DNA of 64,000 nucleotides, taken from positions 39,730-103,729 of the forward strand of contig JABDFU010000001.1 of assembly GCA_013286385.1 (NCBI GenBank), given 5' to 3'. The notes beneath the pieces were generated by a model that saw only the letters and a list, made by a program, of their open reading frames with translations, did not search any database and had not been told where the DNA came from. Origin of the DNA: Bacteroidota bacterium. Lineage in GTDB: Bacteria; Bacteroidota; Bacteroidia; JABDFU01. Positions within the stretch are counted from its first letter, which is position 1; each line of letters opens with the position of its first letter. The position numbers were made by a program, and so were the translations under genes. Shown one piece after another: positions 9,744-19,684 of the stretch.

Positions 9744-10843
9744 TTCGCTTTTTTTAACACTACATCCGCTATGCGTTTTGCCGCTTTTCCGTCTCCGAAA
9801 GGGTTTTTCCCTCCGGTCATTTTTTTGTACAGCTCTTTGTTTGAAAGTAAGGCCGAAGTTTTTGAAACGATACGCTTTGCGTCCGTTCCGGTTAATATAC
9901 CAAAGCCCGATTTTACCACTTCGGGCCGTTCAGTTACAGTGCGCAATATCAGTACCGGTTTTTTTAAGGAGGGTGCTTCTTCCTGAATTCCCCCTGAGTC
10001 GGTCCATATCAAAAAGCTTTCCTTCATTTCCCTGAGAAGGTTCGCGTACGAAAGTGGTTTGCAAAGGGTAACGCCCCTGGTATTTCCCAGTAGTCGTTGA
10101 ACCACGTTCTCTACATTCGGATTGGGGTGAACAGGCCAAATAAATGCTACCCCTTTGTGTTTTTTCAAAACATTTTTAACCGCAGTACAAATAGCCGCAA
10201 TTCCTTTGCCATGATTTTCCCTGCGGTGAGCAGTAATCAGTATTTTTTTTAGTTTACCTGAAGCCTCAGTTTGAATTCGGTCTCCTTTCTTTACGATCAG
10301 GTTCATAGTATCTACAACCGTATTTCCGGTCAGGGTTATGCTCTCTTTGCTTACTCCTTCCCTGATCAGATTCTGAGATGCATTCGCAGTAGGTGTAAAA
10401 TGGTAAGTCGCCAAAAGTGAAATAACCCTTCTGTTAAATTCCTCCGGATACGGGTTTTTAAGATCGAAACTCCTCAGTCCGGCCTCTACATGTGCGACAC
10501 TGATACCCGCGTAAAACCCGCTTATTCCAAGGGCCAGGACAGTTGTTGTATCGCCCTGCACAACAATCAGGTCGGGCTTCAGCCGACTTAAAAGCTCTGC
10601 ACTTTTCTCCGTAATCTTCGAAAGGGTCAGGTTCAGATTCTGATTGGCCGTCATGACCTTGAAGTAGACGTCCGCTCGTATCGCAAAAAAAGCCTCCAGT
10701 TCATCCACCATTTCCTTGTGCTGACCTGTATTGAGTATGGTAAGATGTACTCCTTTTCTTTTTTTTAACTCAAACAATACGGGGGCCAGTTTAATCAGTT
10801 CGGGCCTTGTTCCGTAAGCAAGAAGTATTTTTTTGGCGCTCAA
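9740..10843 (-). CDS. wecB: UDP-N-acetylglucosamine 2-epimerase (non-hydrolysing type)
   Basis: Carries 'YGTRPELIKLAPV', 'VQGDTTTVLA', 'HVEAGLRS' and 'DSGGIQEEAPSLKKPVLILRTVTERPE'. The length of 367 aa fits. Confidence 0.9.
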   Translation of the reverse strand: MSAKKILLAYGTRPELIKLAPVLFELKKRKGVHLTILNTGQHKEMVDELEAFFAIRADVYFKVMTANQNLNLTLSKITEKSAELLSRLKPDLIVVQGDTTTVLALGISGFYAGISVAHVEAGLRSFDLKNPYPEEFNRRVISLLATYHFTPTANASQNLIREGVSKESITLTGNTVVDTMNLIVKKGDRIQTEASGKLKKILITAHRRENHGKGIAAICTAVKNVLKKHKGVAFIWPVHPNPNVENVVQRLLGNTRGVTLCKPLSYANLLREMKESFLIWTDSGGIQEEAPSLKKPVLILRTVTERPEVVKSGFGILTGTDAKRIVSKTSALLSNKELYKKMTGGKNPFGDGKAAKRIADVVLKKAN

Positions 10844-10856
10844 TTTTCGTACTGGT

Positions 10857-12062
10857 TTAATTTATTGTATTCATCCGGTCAATTCTGATTTTTTTAATCA
10901 GCGCATCGGCAAAAAACTTCGGAGCCCAGTTCGGGTATTCGTTTGCATGATAATCGCCCCAGATCGGATAAGATCCTCCAATTGCCCCGTATAACGGATG
11001 ATCTGTTTGCAGATTCAGTTTTTGAGTCAGTTTGATGGTTTTAATCAGGTTTGTCGCCGAAATGTAATATTTTTTTTCGCTTGTAATCTGAAACAAGTCG
11101 AGTAAAACAATTGAAAACTGAGCATTCCCGGTCAGGCAAACATAATTACTGCTTTTTTTCCAATCAGAAGACAAGGTAGCCGGCAATAAATACGGCGAAT
11201 CGATACCCGGTTTTTCCAGGCCGTATTTAAAGATCAGGGTATCACAAACCGCTTTTGGTACTTCAAATAAGCGGGCGTCCTTTTCTACTGCCCCCATTAA
11301 TTTGTAAATTTCAAGAAAACCCTGCAGAGTATAGGCTATGGTATGTGTATAGGGGTCTTCATTTTCTGAAAAGCCCATGAAGTTGAACCAGTTATCCGAA
11401 GTCTTTTCTGAAAAGATCCAGTCCAGATTTTTTTCGCTGGCTTTTTTATACCTCGGGTTTCCTGATTGTTTGTACAATTTATAAAGAGACCACGCAATTT
11501 TTGAATGATAGGCATGGGGTATTCCTTTAAAGCTAAAGCTGCTCCACTTGCCATCGCTGTCCTGAACCTGTAACAGCCAGTTGGCGGCTTTTTCGGCCGC
11601 CAGTTTGAATCGTTCCTGTTTGGTCGTTTCGTAGAGTGAGGTAAATCCGAGAATAACCATTCCGGTGTCAAATACATCCGACATAAAACTGTTGGGATCC
11701 GAAACTCTGACGGCGCCTTCCGGCAATTGAATTTTTATTTCCCAATCCCCCAGTTCAATCGCTTTTTTCAAATACGCTTCTTCTGTTTTAAATTCAGCAA
11801 AGTCAATCAGGGTAGAAATAATATACCCGGTAGTTTCAGGGTAGGATTCGAGCCAGCCCAATTGCAGCGACCAGGCCTTGGCAATTCCGCCCTCTTTTTG
11901 CTCCGCTTTTAATATCCATTGTATGCAGGCATCCAGATGCAATTCATCCGACTGTTTTTTCTCCTTGCGTTTTAACCAATGGTCAATGTAAAGCCCGGCA
12001 TTTCTTTTAAAAAAGCCGGCTCTTTTTTTAATCGATCTGGCAATGCCTAGTACGAACCGCAT
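10857..12062 (-). CDS. Hypothetical protein, possible (alpha/alpha) toroid fold with a QW-like motif
   Basis: 'AANWLLQVQDSDGKWSSF' resembles the QW / prenyltransferase-squalene-oxidase repeat. The sequence is helix-rich with no signal peptide. Function unknown. Confidence 0.3.
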   Translation of the reverse strand: MRFVLGIARSIKKRAGFFKRNAGLYIDHWLKRKEKKQSDELHLDACIQWILKAEQKEGGIAKAWSLQLGWLESYPETTGYIISTLIDFAEFKTEEAYLKKAIELGDWEIKIQLPEGAVRVSDPNSFMSDVFDTGMVILGFTSLYETTKQERFKLAAEKAANWLLQVQDSDGKWSSFSFKGIPHAYHSKIAWSLYKLYKQSGNPRYKKASEKNLDWIFSEKTSDNWFNFMGFSENEDPYTHTIAYTLQGFLEIYKLMGAVEKDARLFEVPKAVCDTLIFKYGLEKPGIDSPYLLPATLSSDWKKSSNYVCLTGNAQFSIVLLDLFQITSEKKYYISATNLIKTIKLTQKLNLQTDHPLYGAIGGSYPIWGDYHANEYPNWAPKFFADALIKKIRIDRMNTIN

Positions 12063-13402
12063 ACTTTATTTATAACACGGGCTAATTTACCTGTTAAATT
12101 TTTTCTATGTAAGGAATTCAGAAAGTCGGTATTGGGATGCAATTCAGATTTTCCTTCAAAAAGCTGAATCATACGCTGAGCAGATTCCTGAGGGTCATCG
12201 GGGTTACAGATGAGACCCATGCCCGAATTGAGAATCATCCGTTTTTGAGCTCCGTTTGAAACAAATGCGAGAATGGGCCTGCGCATGCTGAAATATTCAA
12301 ACGTTTTTCCCGCAATACTGTAATCATCTCCTTTTAAAACCTTGGAGGAGGTCAGCAGAAGAAAATCGCACTGTTTTTGAAATTCGACGGATTCTTTCCT
12401 TGTTTTTTTGCCCAAAAGCTGACAGCTGCTTTCCAAGCCATATTCCCCGATCATTCCGGGCAGCCAAAGAGGCACCTCCCCGATAAAATTTATTTTAATC
12501 CCTGCTTTCAGATCAGGTCTGATTTCAAGAACGCGTTTTACTGCTTTCAGGAAAAAATAGGGCGACCGGTAAAGCCAGTCTTCTCTTAGCAGTGTATACT
12601 GAAGAATCCGGTTTATTTTTTTTGAATACCATGGAGAAAGCAGCTGCTCCCTGGCTTTCGGATCGTAATAAAAACTTCCCACATAGCCAATGACAATAGT
12701 ATCGTCTTTCTTTTCCCGGTTTACAATCGACCAGTCTGTTATCTTTTCATCATACCCATTTGGTATAAAATGATACTTTTTACGCTCAATATCCGGGTGG
12801 AATTTAATGAAGTCAAGGATGGTCTGATCAGAGGTGGTAATAACGGCATCCGAAGCCCTTATGTACTTTTCTTCCATGATCCGTGTAAGAAAAAAGTGAA
12901 CAAAAGATCCGAACGGAGTTGTTCTCCACGTTAGCCAGGGATCCCTGAAATCAAGGATAAGAGGAAGTTTGAATTTTTTTGAAATCTCGAGTCCTGTTCT
13001 CATTGTTGAAAATGGCGGTACTGAAACGAACACCGCTTTCGGCTTAAATTGCTGAACTGCTTTTTCAACCTCCGGCCAGATCTTTTTTCTCCACTTGCTT
13101 GATTCTGAACCCGAATGCAGATTAAAATAAATATTCAGAAAAGCCTTGAGGGGAGAATTGTATAAGTTCAGAATATTTTCAGAAGGCACGAATCGAATAT
13201 CGGTATCTGCCGGAATTTCATTCAGCAATGCTTCGTCTACAAAAAAATCGTCGTAAATCTTTCTGTAGGAATCACGATCTACCGTTAAAACGATCGGGTT
13301 AATGCCAAAATCCCGCAGGTACTTAACAAAATAAAGCGAGCGAAAGGTACCCCCTGAATTTAAAGGAGCAAAGTGGTAGGCTATGAATAGTACGTTAGTC
13401 AT
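12047..13402 (-). CDS. Putative glycosyltransferase (GT4-like)
   Basis: 'NVLFIAYHFAPLNSGGTFRSLYFVKYL' and 'AGKTFEYFSMRRPILAFVSNGAQKRMILNSGMGLICNPDD'. Confidence 0.6.
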   Translation of the reverse strand: MTNVLFIAYHFAPLNSGGTFRSLYFVKYLRDFGINPIVLTVDRDSYRKIYDDFFVDEALLNEIPADTDIRFVPSENILNLYNSPLKAFLNIYFNLHSGSESSKWRKKIWPEVEKAVQQFKPKAVFVSVPPFSTMRTGLEISKKFKLPLILDFRDPWLTWRTTPFGSFVHFFLTRIMEEKYIRASDAVITTSDQTILDFIKFHPDIERKKYHFIPNGYDEKITDWSIVNREKKDDTIVIGYVGSFYYDPKAREQLLSPWYSKKINRILQYTLLREDWLYRSPYFFLKAVKRVLEIRPDLKAGIKINFIGEVPLWLPGMIGEYGLESSCQLLGKKTRKESVEFQKQCDFLLLTSSKVLKGDDYSIAGKTFEYFSMRRPILAFVSNGAQKRMILNSGMGLICNPDDPQESAQRMIQLFEGKSELHPNTDFLNSLHRKNLTGKLARVINKVCGSY

Positions 13403-14414
13403 TGCAGGACTGAATGACTTCCTCAGGAGTCAGATTCTTTAGACATTTAACTTCGTAAGGGCAGTTGATGTACGAATTGACCATTTGTATATCCGCAACC
13501 CCAAACTGACAGGGTTGGCAGGGGTAGTCCTTAAGCAAAGGTTTTATTCCCGGATTATAGGTTTTGTTTTTTTTGGGTGAAGTAGGGCCGAAAAGCGCCA
13601 GTCCTTTTGCCCCGGAGGCTCCGGCGAGATGCATTAAGCCGCCGTCGTTTCCTATAAATTTTTTGCAGTGTTTAAAAATCGAAACAAGTTCTCCCCAACT
13701 GAATTTTTCTATATACAGATTCTCCAGTTTTTCAGGGTGGTCTATAAAGGAATGTTTCCTAAGTAATCCGAATCCTTTTAAAAAAGTCCACAACGCTTTA
13801 CTGTTGAGAAATTTTTGAGACAGCAACCTTCCCAAAAACCGGGGATAGACATAGGAATACCTGAAATCGAGGTCTTCTTTTCCTCCGATCCATATCGTAT
13901 TTGCTTTGCCTGTCAGCTTCATTAGCTGCTCATAGCCTGGCCATCTGCGGGTGGGATTGATCGCAGAGCCCCCGGGATAAAAAACATACTTTTTTTCAAC
14001 GGATAATTGCCTGACAGCGTCCGACCGTTCTTCTTTTAAAAGCATCAGGGTTGAACACCCGTACCCGGACGGATAGAGCGCTTGTACCACAGACAGGTAT
14101 TGCTCTGTTTCGCTCATTACCTTCGAGCTGTGGTTGTCTGACTGGATGTAAAAATAATTCTGAAAAGCTATCCGAATTTCCTCCTGATACGTGAAGGAAT
14201 GAATAAGGTGTCTGGTTTTGCAATTTTCCAAAGAACGGAGCACTACTTCCTCACCATAGCAAGTCCTTAAATAATTCTGAAAGGAGGCATTTACCCTGTT
14301 TAAAAAAATACCGGTTTTGATTTTATTGGCAATGCAATATTCGACAGCGTACAGAGCCTCTATGGCATTCCCTATCCCTGCGTCTGCAAGTAGTACTACC
14401 TCAAATTCTTTCAT
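13395..14414 (-). CDS. Glycosyltransferase family 9 (heptosyltransferase-like)
   Basis: 'FIGNDGGLMHLAGASGAKGLALFGPTSP' is the GT9 signature. Confidence 0.7.
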   Translation of the reverse strand: MKEFEVVLLADAGIGNAIEALYAVEYCIANKIKTGIFLNRVNASFQNYLRTCYGEEVVLRSLENCKTRHLIHSFTYQEEIRIAFQNYFYIQSDNHSSKVMSETEQYLSVVQALYPSGYGCSTLMLLKEERSDAVRQLSVEKKYVFYPGGSAINPTRRWPGYEQLMKLTGKANTIWIGGKEDLDFRYSYVYPRFLGRLLSQKFLNSKALWTFLKGFGLLRKHSFIDHPEKLENLYIEKFSWGELVSIFKHCKKFIGNDGGLMHLAGASGAKGLALFGPTSPKKNKTYNPGIKPLLKDYPCQPCQFGVADIQMVNSYINCPYEVKCLKNLTPEEVIQSCND

Positions 14415-14453
14415 AACCTGTACCTGTATACCGAGGGTATAAAAGTAAAGAAT

Positions 14454-15395
14454 TTAAAGTTGCCTGTACGGGGTATCGGGCAAATTCAGAAAGGCTAAAT
14501 GAGCATTGGGGGGAGTCTTTTCCCTGAATCTATGGAAAAGGGCTAATGGCAAACGGGGAAGGGAGTAGAGTAATCCCAGGTAGTAATTTTTCCCAAGCTT
14601 GCTGTTAAACAGCAAGCGGTAGGGCAGAGCCATAAAAAAGAAAAGAAGAAAATTGTTTGTCCTGACATTCCTGACCATTCCTATGATTCGGTTTCTTTGC
14701 TGCAACCTCAATAGCTGGTTCTTCTTTTTTTCAGTTGTCCAGGATCCGCCTCCGCAATGATAAACAACTGCTTTTGGGTGATTAACCGATTTCCAGCCCC
14801 GGTTCCAGGCTTTGTGACTCAAGTCGGTATCTTCGTAATAAGCCGGATAATATATCCTGTCAAACCCTTTTAATTCATTGTACATACTTCTGCGGTATAT
14901 GCTGGCTCCTCCACAAGCATAGAATATGTTTCGTTCAAGCTGGAGTTGATCAGGTTCATAATCAATAAACAGCCAGCCCCTTTCAACTCTGGCCTTACTT
15001 CTGTTGTATTGTATCTGTGTTCCTTCCCAATTCATAAGGGTACAGGAAACGGCAAAAAGCTCAGGATCCTTTTCTAGTAGGGGAAGGGCGCTATTCAGAA
15101 CATCGGGATGGAGCATCAGGTCATTATTGAGTATGAAAATATAATCGGCATGCACTTCTCTGGCCACGGAATTAAGACTAAAGAGGTAATTGTTTTCAGA
15201 TTGAATAAACCGGTAATGCTGAAATTGAGTCCGAACATACTGCTCCGATTCCTTATCAGTCCCATTTTCCACAACGATGACTTCCACAAGGTAGTTTTTG
15301 GTGTTCAAAACAAGTTCCTCAACAGTAGGAAGTAAAGCCTCCAGGAAGCTTTTGTTTTTATAACTGAGTATAAGAAGGGCACACCTGGCTTGCAT
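14454..15395 (-). CDS. Glycosyltransferase family 2
   Basis: 'LLILSYKNKSFLEALL', 'VIVVENGTDKES', 'FILNNDLML' and 'YYEDTDLSHKAWNRGWK' fit a GT-A fold with DxD and ED motifs. First gene of the minus-strand operon. Confidence 0.8.
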   Translation of the reverse strand: MQARCALLILSYKNKSFLEALLPTVEELVLNTKNYLVEVIVVENGTDKESEQYVRTQFQHYRFIQSENNYLFSLNSVAREVHADYIFILNNDLMLHPDVLNSALPLLEKDPELFAVSCTLMNWEGTQIQYNRSKARVERGWLFIDYEPDQLQLERNIFYACGGASIYRRSMYNELKGFDRIYYPAYYEDTDLSHKAWNRGWKSVNHPKAVVYHCGGGSWTTEKKKNQLLRLQQRNRIIGMVRNVRTNNFLLFFFMALPYRLLFNSKLGKNYYLGLLYSLPRLPLALFHRFREKTPPNAHLAFLNLPDTPYRQL

Positions 15396-15445
15396 ACTGT
15401 TAAATATTTATTTAATGCCTATTTTAGTCGTAAAGTTAAGGGTTA

Positions 15446-16519
15446 ATGCCAAACGGTCTAAAATATATTTCCCAGCTTGATTCCCTTCGGACGATAGCTA
15501 TTCTGCTTGTGGTTACTGATCATTGGCTTGGTGGATTCTGGACCTTTGGCGGAGGTACCGGGGTGATTCTTTTTTTTGTTCTCAGCGGATTTTTAATTAC
15601 CCGTATTTTGCTCAATTCAAAATATACCCCAGGCGTAAAAAGAGTCTACAGTATTAAAAACTTTATCATCCGGCGAAGCCTGAGAATTTTTCCGATTTAT
15701 TTCCTATTTGTTTTTTTCTTTATTATCGCCGGAGATCCATACATGAGGCTTCAGTACGGATGGTACCTGACCTACTGTTCCAACATTCATTTTTTTCTTA
15801 TAAACAACATCGATAACGCGATGTACAATCATACCTGGTCGCTTGCGGTTGAAGAGCAGTTTTATCTGATCTGGCCATGGATGATACTCTTTATTCCGGA
15901 AAAGAAAGAACCGGTTTTGATTTTTAGTATGATTGTTGTTGCGATTCTGTTTAGGTATACATTGGATACCAGGGGATATTATGGCCTTGTTTTAACCCCT
16001 TCAAATTTTGATGCATTTGGTTTGGGGGCATTGCTGGCCTGGTTAAAATTGAATGAAACCCGCAGCAAAGTGGGGGCTGAAATTTCCGGATTTCTGAATG
16101 TGTATACAAAATACTTTCTTGTCGGTTTTTTACTTATTTCGCTTTTTCTGTTCAACGTAAATTTGCCACAGTCCTTGGGCAAATGTTCTCCTGTTCTGTT
16201 TCAGTTCTTTTTTTCTGTATTTTCCATGGCCTTAATTAATCAGGCCATTTTGGGATTTACAGGAATTTTGGGCAGATTTTTCAACTATAGTGCTGTACTC
16301 TATATCGGTAAAATCAGTTATGGAATTTATCTGTACCACAAAGTGATTCCCTGGGCCCTTTCCTATGGATTGTCTAAATTCGGGCATACGTATAGCGACA
16401 AAGGCTTTTTTTCGTTTTTTTTACAACTTCTCCTTGTCATTCTCGTGGCTCACCTGTCCTGGATAATAATTGAAGTTCCGATGAACAGACTGAAGAAAAG
16501 ATTTGAGTATGCCCGGTAG
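15446..16519 (+). CDS. Acyltransferase family 3 (membrane O-acetyltransferase)
   Basis: 'HTWSLAVEEQFYLIWP' motif plus about 10 transmembrane segments. Confidence 0.85.
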   Translation: MPNGLKYISQLDSLRTIAILLVVTDHWLGGFWTFGGGTGVILFFVLSGFLITRILLNSKYTPGVKRVYSIKNFIIRRSLRIFPIYFLFVFFFIIAGDPYMRLQYGWYLTYCSNIHFFLINNIDNAMYNHTWSLAVEEQFYLIWPWMILFIPEKKEPVLIFSMIVVAILFRYTLDTRGYYGLVLTPSNFDAFGLGALLAWLKLNETRSKVGAEISGFLNVYTKYFLVGFLLISLFLFNVNLPQSLGKCSPVLFQFFFSVFSMALINQAILGFTGILGRFFNYSAVLYIGKISYGIYLYHKVIPWALSYGLSKFGHTYSDKGFFSFFLQLLLVILVAHLSWIIIEVPMNRLKKRFEYAR

Positions 16520-17663
16520 AAAGTTCAAAGGGTTGAAAAATCTGCTGATTGAAGCAGATTACGGTCTTAAGAATGGATTACTGAATGCGATCAGTAGTCT
16601 TTTTTTTAAGGCATTTGAAAAGAACAGTTCCATTTCAAAAATAATTGTATTCAGGACCGGGTCGATCGGAGACAGTATTTGTGCATTGCCAGCCCTTTCG
16701 GCCATTGTCGGCAATTTTCCGGATGCAACGATTGACCTGCTTACAAATGCAGGCTCTGCAGACTTTATATCCCTCGATAAACTCATTAATAAATCCAAGT
16801 TCAATGAAATCATAAATTATTATGGTTTGAGTAAAATTGAGCTCTACAAAAAGCTTCAAACAAGCCAGTACGATCTTTTTATTGATCTTACCCAATACGA
16901 TGCAACGCTGAGCAAACAGCTTAAAATCCTTCTTTTTGCAAAGCAGCTCGGTGTAAAATACGCCTTTGGCTGGCGTGTTTCCCAAACGTTCCTGTTTAAG
17001 CAATACCAGGAAAAAAACAAAATTTTTACCAATGAAAGAGACCGTCTGCTGGATATATTGAAAGCAAATGGTCTTGAAATTGATAATCCGAAATACATAT
17101 ATGATCAGAACCCCGAAATATCCGCCGGAGTTCAGAAAATAATCTGGGACAAAACCCTGGCCAATAAAAACCTCAACATAGGTTTGGTGATTGGTAGCAA
17201 ACTCGAGCGTAACAAATGGCCTCTGGACTATTTTAAACAAGTTGCAGATCATTATACAGACCAGGAATACCGTATTCTGGTTTTTGGCGGAAAAGAGGAT
17301 AGGGTAAATGCAGAATCCCTGACATCTGATAACACTATGCACAATAAAAGGGTATTCAATTTTTGCGGCGTTTTTTCGCCGCTGGAGACGGCCCAGGCTA
17401 TGAAATTCTGTGCTGTGGTGCTCACCAATGATACGGGTCCCATGCACCTGTCCTATATGACAGACACTCCGGTTGTCGCCCTGTTCAGCTCACGCGATTT
17501 TCCCGGCAAATGGTACCCTCCTCAGGACGGTGTCAACAAAGTCTTTCGCTCCGAAAATATAGCATGTTCAATTTGTATCGGCAAAGGCTGTTCAGATAAT
17601 ATCTGTATGAAAAAAATAAGTCCTGAAAAGGTAATAGAGGCAATTGATGCAATCGTAAATTGA
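16503..17663 (+). CDS. Glycosyltransferase family 9 (heptosyltransferase-like)
   Basis: 'IVFRTGSIGDSICALPALSAI' and 'VVLTNDTGPMHLSYMTDTPVVALFS'. Confidence 0.75.
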   Translation: MSMPGRKFKGLKNLLIEADYGLKNGLLNAISSLFFKAFEKNSSISKIIVFRTGSIGDSICALPALSAIVGNFPDATIDLLTNAGSADFISLDKLINKSKFNEIINYYGLSKIELYKKLQTSQYDLFIDLTQYDATLSKQLKILLFAKQLGVKYAFGWRVSQTFLFKQYQEKNKIFTNERDRLLDILKANGLEIDNPKYIYDQNPEISAGVQKIIWDKTLANKNLNIGLVIGSKLERNKWPLDYFKQVADHYTDQEYRILVFGGKEDRVNAESLTSDNTMHNKRVFNFCGVFSPLETAQAMKFCAVVLTNDTGPMHLSYMTDTPVVALFSSRDFPGKWYPPQDGVNKVFRSENIACSICIGKGCSDNICMKKISPEKVIEAIDAIVN

Positions 17664-17683
17664 CACCATCTTAAACTGAAGCC

Positions 17684-19639
17684 ATGTGCGGCATTAACGG
17701 CATACTAAATCCAGACCAAAGCCTTTTACGGGAAGCGATTGTGCGTATGAACAGTGCGCTTGCTCATCGGGGGCCCGATGACGAGGGTTTATTTGTTTCC
17801 GATAACCTGGCTCTGGGTCACCGCAGGCTTTCCATTATCGACCTTTCTGCCCAGGGTCATCAGCCCATGCACTTCGACAACGGCAGGTACAGCATTGTTT
17901 ACAATGGGGAGCTCTACAATTTCAAAGAAATTCGCTCCGAAATCCTGGCCTCCTTTCCATACCAGAAATTCTCCACCCAAACCGATACCGAAGTCATTCT
18001 GGCTGCTTATGTCTGCTGGGGAGGCAGTTGTCTCGATAAATTCAGAGGTATGTTCGCTTTTGCCATTTACGATCGCCACACGGATTGTCTTTTTATGGCC
18101 CGCGACCGGATGGGAATAAAGCCGCTGTATTATTACAAGGCAGCCAAAATTTTTGTCTTTTCCTCAGAAATCAGAGCCCTGCTTCAATCGGGCCTTGTTC
18201 CCCGAAAACTGGATGCAGGAAACCTCGCTGATTATTTGCGCTACCAAACGGTACATGCCCCCAATACAATACTTAAGGACGTATTTATGCTCATGCCAGG
18301 GCACTTCGCTAAGCTTGATCTGAAATCAAACGAATTCAAGATCACTTGTTACTGGTATCTTCATGCCAAAGTATCGACACCCGCTTCGAGTACCTCTGAC
18401 CCGAATGTTCAAAAATCGTCCGTAGGTCCGAATTATGCCGAAGCCAAAGAGCAGGTAAACAAACTGTTCACCCAGGCAATCGAAAGAAGATTAATAGCTG
18501 ATGTCCCTTTCGGGGCATTTCTGTCCGGTGGTATTGATTCAAGTGCTGTGGTTGCAGTAATGAGCCGTATTTCAACTATTCCGGTTAAAACATTTTCGGT
18601 TTCTTTTTACGAAAAGGAATATAGCGAGGAACAGTATTCAAAACGAATTGCCGAAAAATTTCATACCGATCACTGCGACATCAAACTTTCCGCTGTAGAT
18701 TTTAAAAAGGAAATTCCATCGGCGCTGAAGGCCATGGACCATCCAAGCGGAGACGGTCCCAATTCCTATGTTGTTTCAAAATACACAAAGCAGGCCGGTA
18801 TTACGATGGCTCTTTCAGGCCTTGGCGGAGATGAATTGTTTGGCGGCTATGCCATTTTTAAGCGTATGAAATCCCTTCAACAGAACAGCATTTTGCAAAA
18901 AACGCCTTTGGTCATCAGAAAAATGCTTGCAAGCCTAATCAGGCAGTTCGATTCCTCAGTTGCAGGCGAAAAGATGTCCGCAATCCTGTCCCTGCAGGCT
19001 CTTACCCTTCAAAATACATATCCTGTATCCCGTCAGGTACTCATGGATGACGAGATTTCGAAATTAATTACCCGCAACTCTGCAGACTCGGCCTCAACTG
19101 TATATTCAGCAATTCCTGCCAATATAGTTCAGCAAATGGCCGGAAAACTGATAAACCGCCTGCCGCTCTCAGACCACCTGATATCTGCTGTTTCCATTCT
19201 TGAAATGTCAAGTTATATGCAAAATGTCCTGCTTAGAGACACCGATCAGATGAGCATGGCAAATGCTTTGGAAGTTCGCGTTCCCTTTCTGGATCACGAA
19301 TTGGTTGAATATGTTTTAGGTCTCAATGATAAGCTCAAATACCCTCACACCCCCAAGAAACTCTTTGTGGACGCCATGGGCGATCTGTTACCATCCGAAA
19401 TTGTAAATCGTCCGAAAATGGGTTTCAGTTTTCCATGGCAACAATGGTTGAAAACAGATTTAAGGCAATTCTGTGAGGAGAGGATTTATTCCCTGGCTAA
19501 ACGTTTTGTATTTAATGAAATTGAAGTCATTGCTGTCTGGAAACGTTTTTTAAATGATGACAAACGTATTACCTGGTCAAGGGTATGGCACCTGGTGGTG
19601 CTGGAAAACTGGTTGATAGAAAATAAAATCGATTCCTGA
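17684..19639 (+). CDS. asnB: Asparagine synthase (glutamine-hydrolysing) family amidotransferase
   Basis: 'MCGINGIL' carries the N-terminal Cys nucleophile and 'FLSGGIDSSAVV' is the PP-loop. Location in a glycan locus suggests a sugar-amidating paralogue. Confidence 0.85.
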   Translation: MCGINGILNPDQSLLREAIVRMNSALAHRGPDDEGLFVSDNLALGHRRLSIIDLSAQGHQPMHFDNGRYSIVYNGELYNFKEIRSEILASFPYQKFSTQTDTEVILAAYVCWGGSCLDKFRGMFAFAIYDRHTDCLFMARDRMGIKPLYYYKAAKIFVFSSEIRALLQSGLVPRKLDAGNLADYLRYQTVHAPNTILKDVFMLMPGHFAKLDLKSNEFKITCYWYLHAKVSTPASSTSDPNVQKSSVGPNYAEAKEQVNKLFTQAIERRLIADVPFGAFLSGGIDSSAVVAVMSRISTIPVKTFSVSFYEKEYSEEQYSKRIAEKFHTDHCDIKLSAVDFKKEIPSALKAMDHPSGDGPNSYVVSKYTKQAGITMALSGLGGDELFGGYAIFKRMKSLQQNSILQKTPLVIRKMLASLIRQFDSSVAGEKMSAILSLQALTLQNTYPVSRQVLMDDEISKLITRNSADSASTVYSAIPANIVQQMAGKLINRLPLSDHLISAVSILEMSSYMQNVLLRDTDQMSMANALEVRVPFLDHELVEYVLGLNDKLKYPHTPKKLFVDAMGDLLPSEIVNRPKMGFSFPWQQWLKTDLRQFCEERIYSLAKRFVFNEIEVIAVWKRFLNDDKRITWSRVWHLVVLENWLIENKIDS

Positions 19640-19684
19640 TAAAAAGAGCAAATCGTATATAGTAAATTGAATTCTAAAAAGCAT

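Noticed and set aside
15396-15445. Divergent promoter motifs in the 50-bp gap between the two glycan operons
   Set aside because: The region must contain promoters, but I found no TAnnTTTG match on either strand (closest is TATTTTAG), so I annotated no specific element.
16635-17447. 270-aa minus-strand ORF, and similar long antisense ORFs at 40385..41062, 51421..52134, 53963..54790, 48995..49564, 45206..45661, 38639..39115, 33353..33748 and 24753..25094
   Set aside because: Each lies entirely inside, and antisense to, a gene with strong family motifs (GT9, rluD, Asp-box protein, CapD, SprB-repeat protein and so on). Their translations are low-complexity or Arg/Gly/Pro-skewed with no recognisable motifs. 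They are shadow ORFs.
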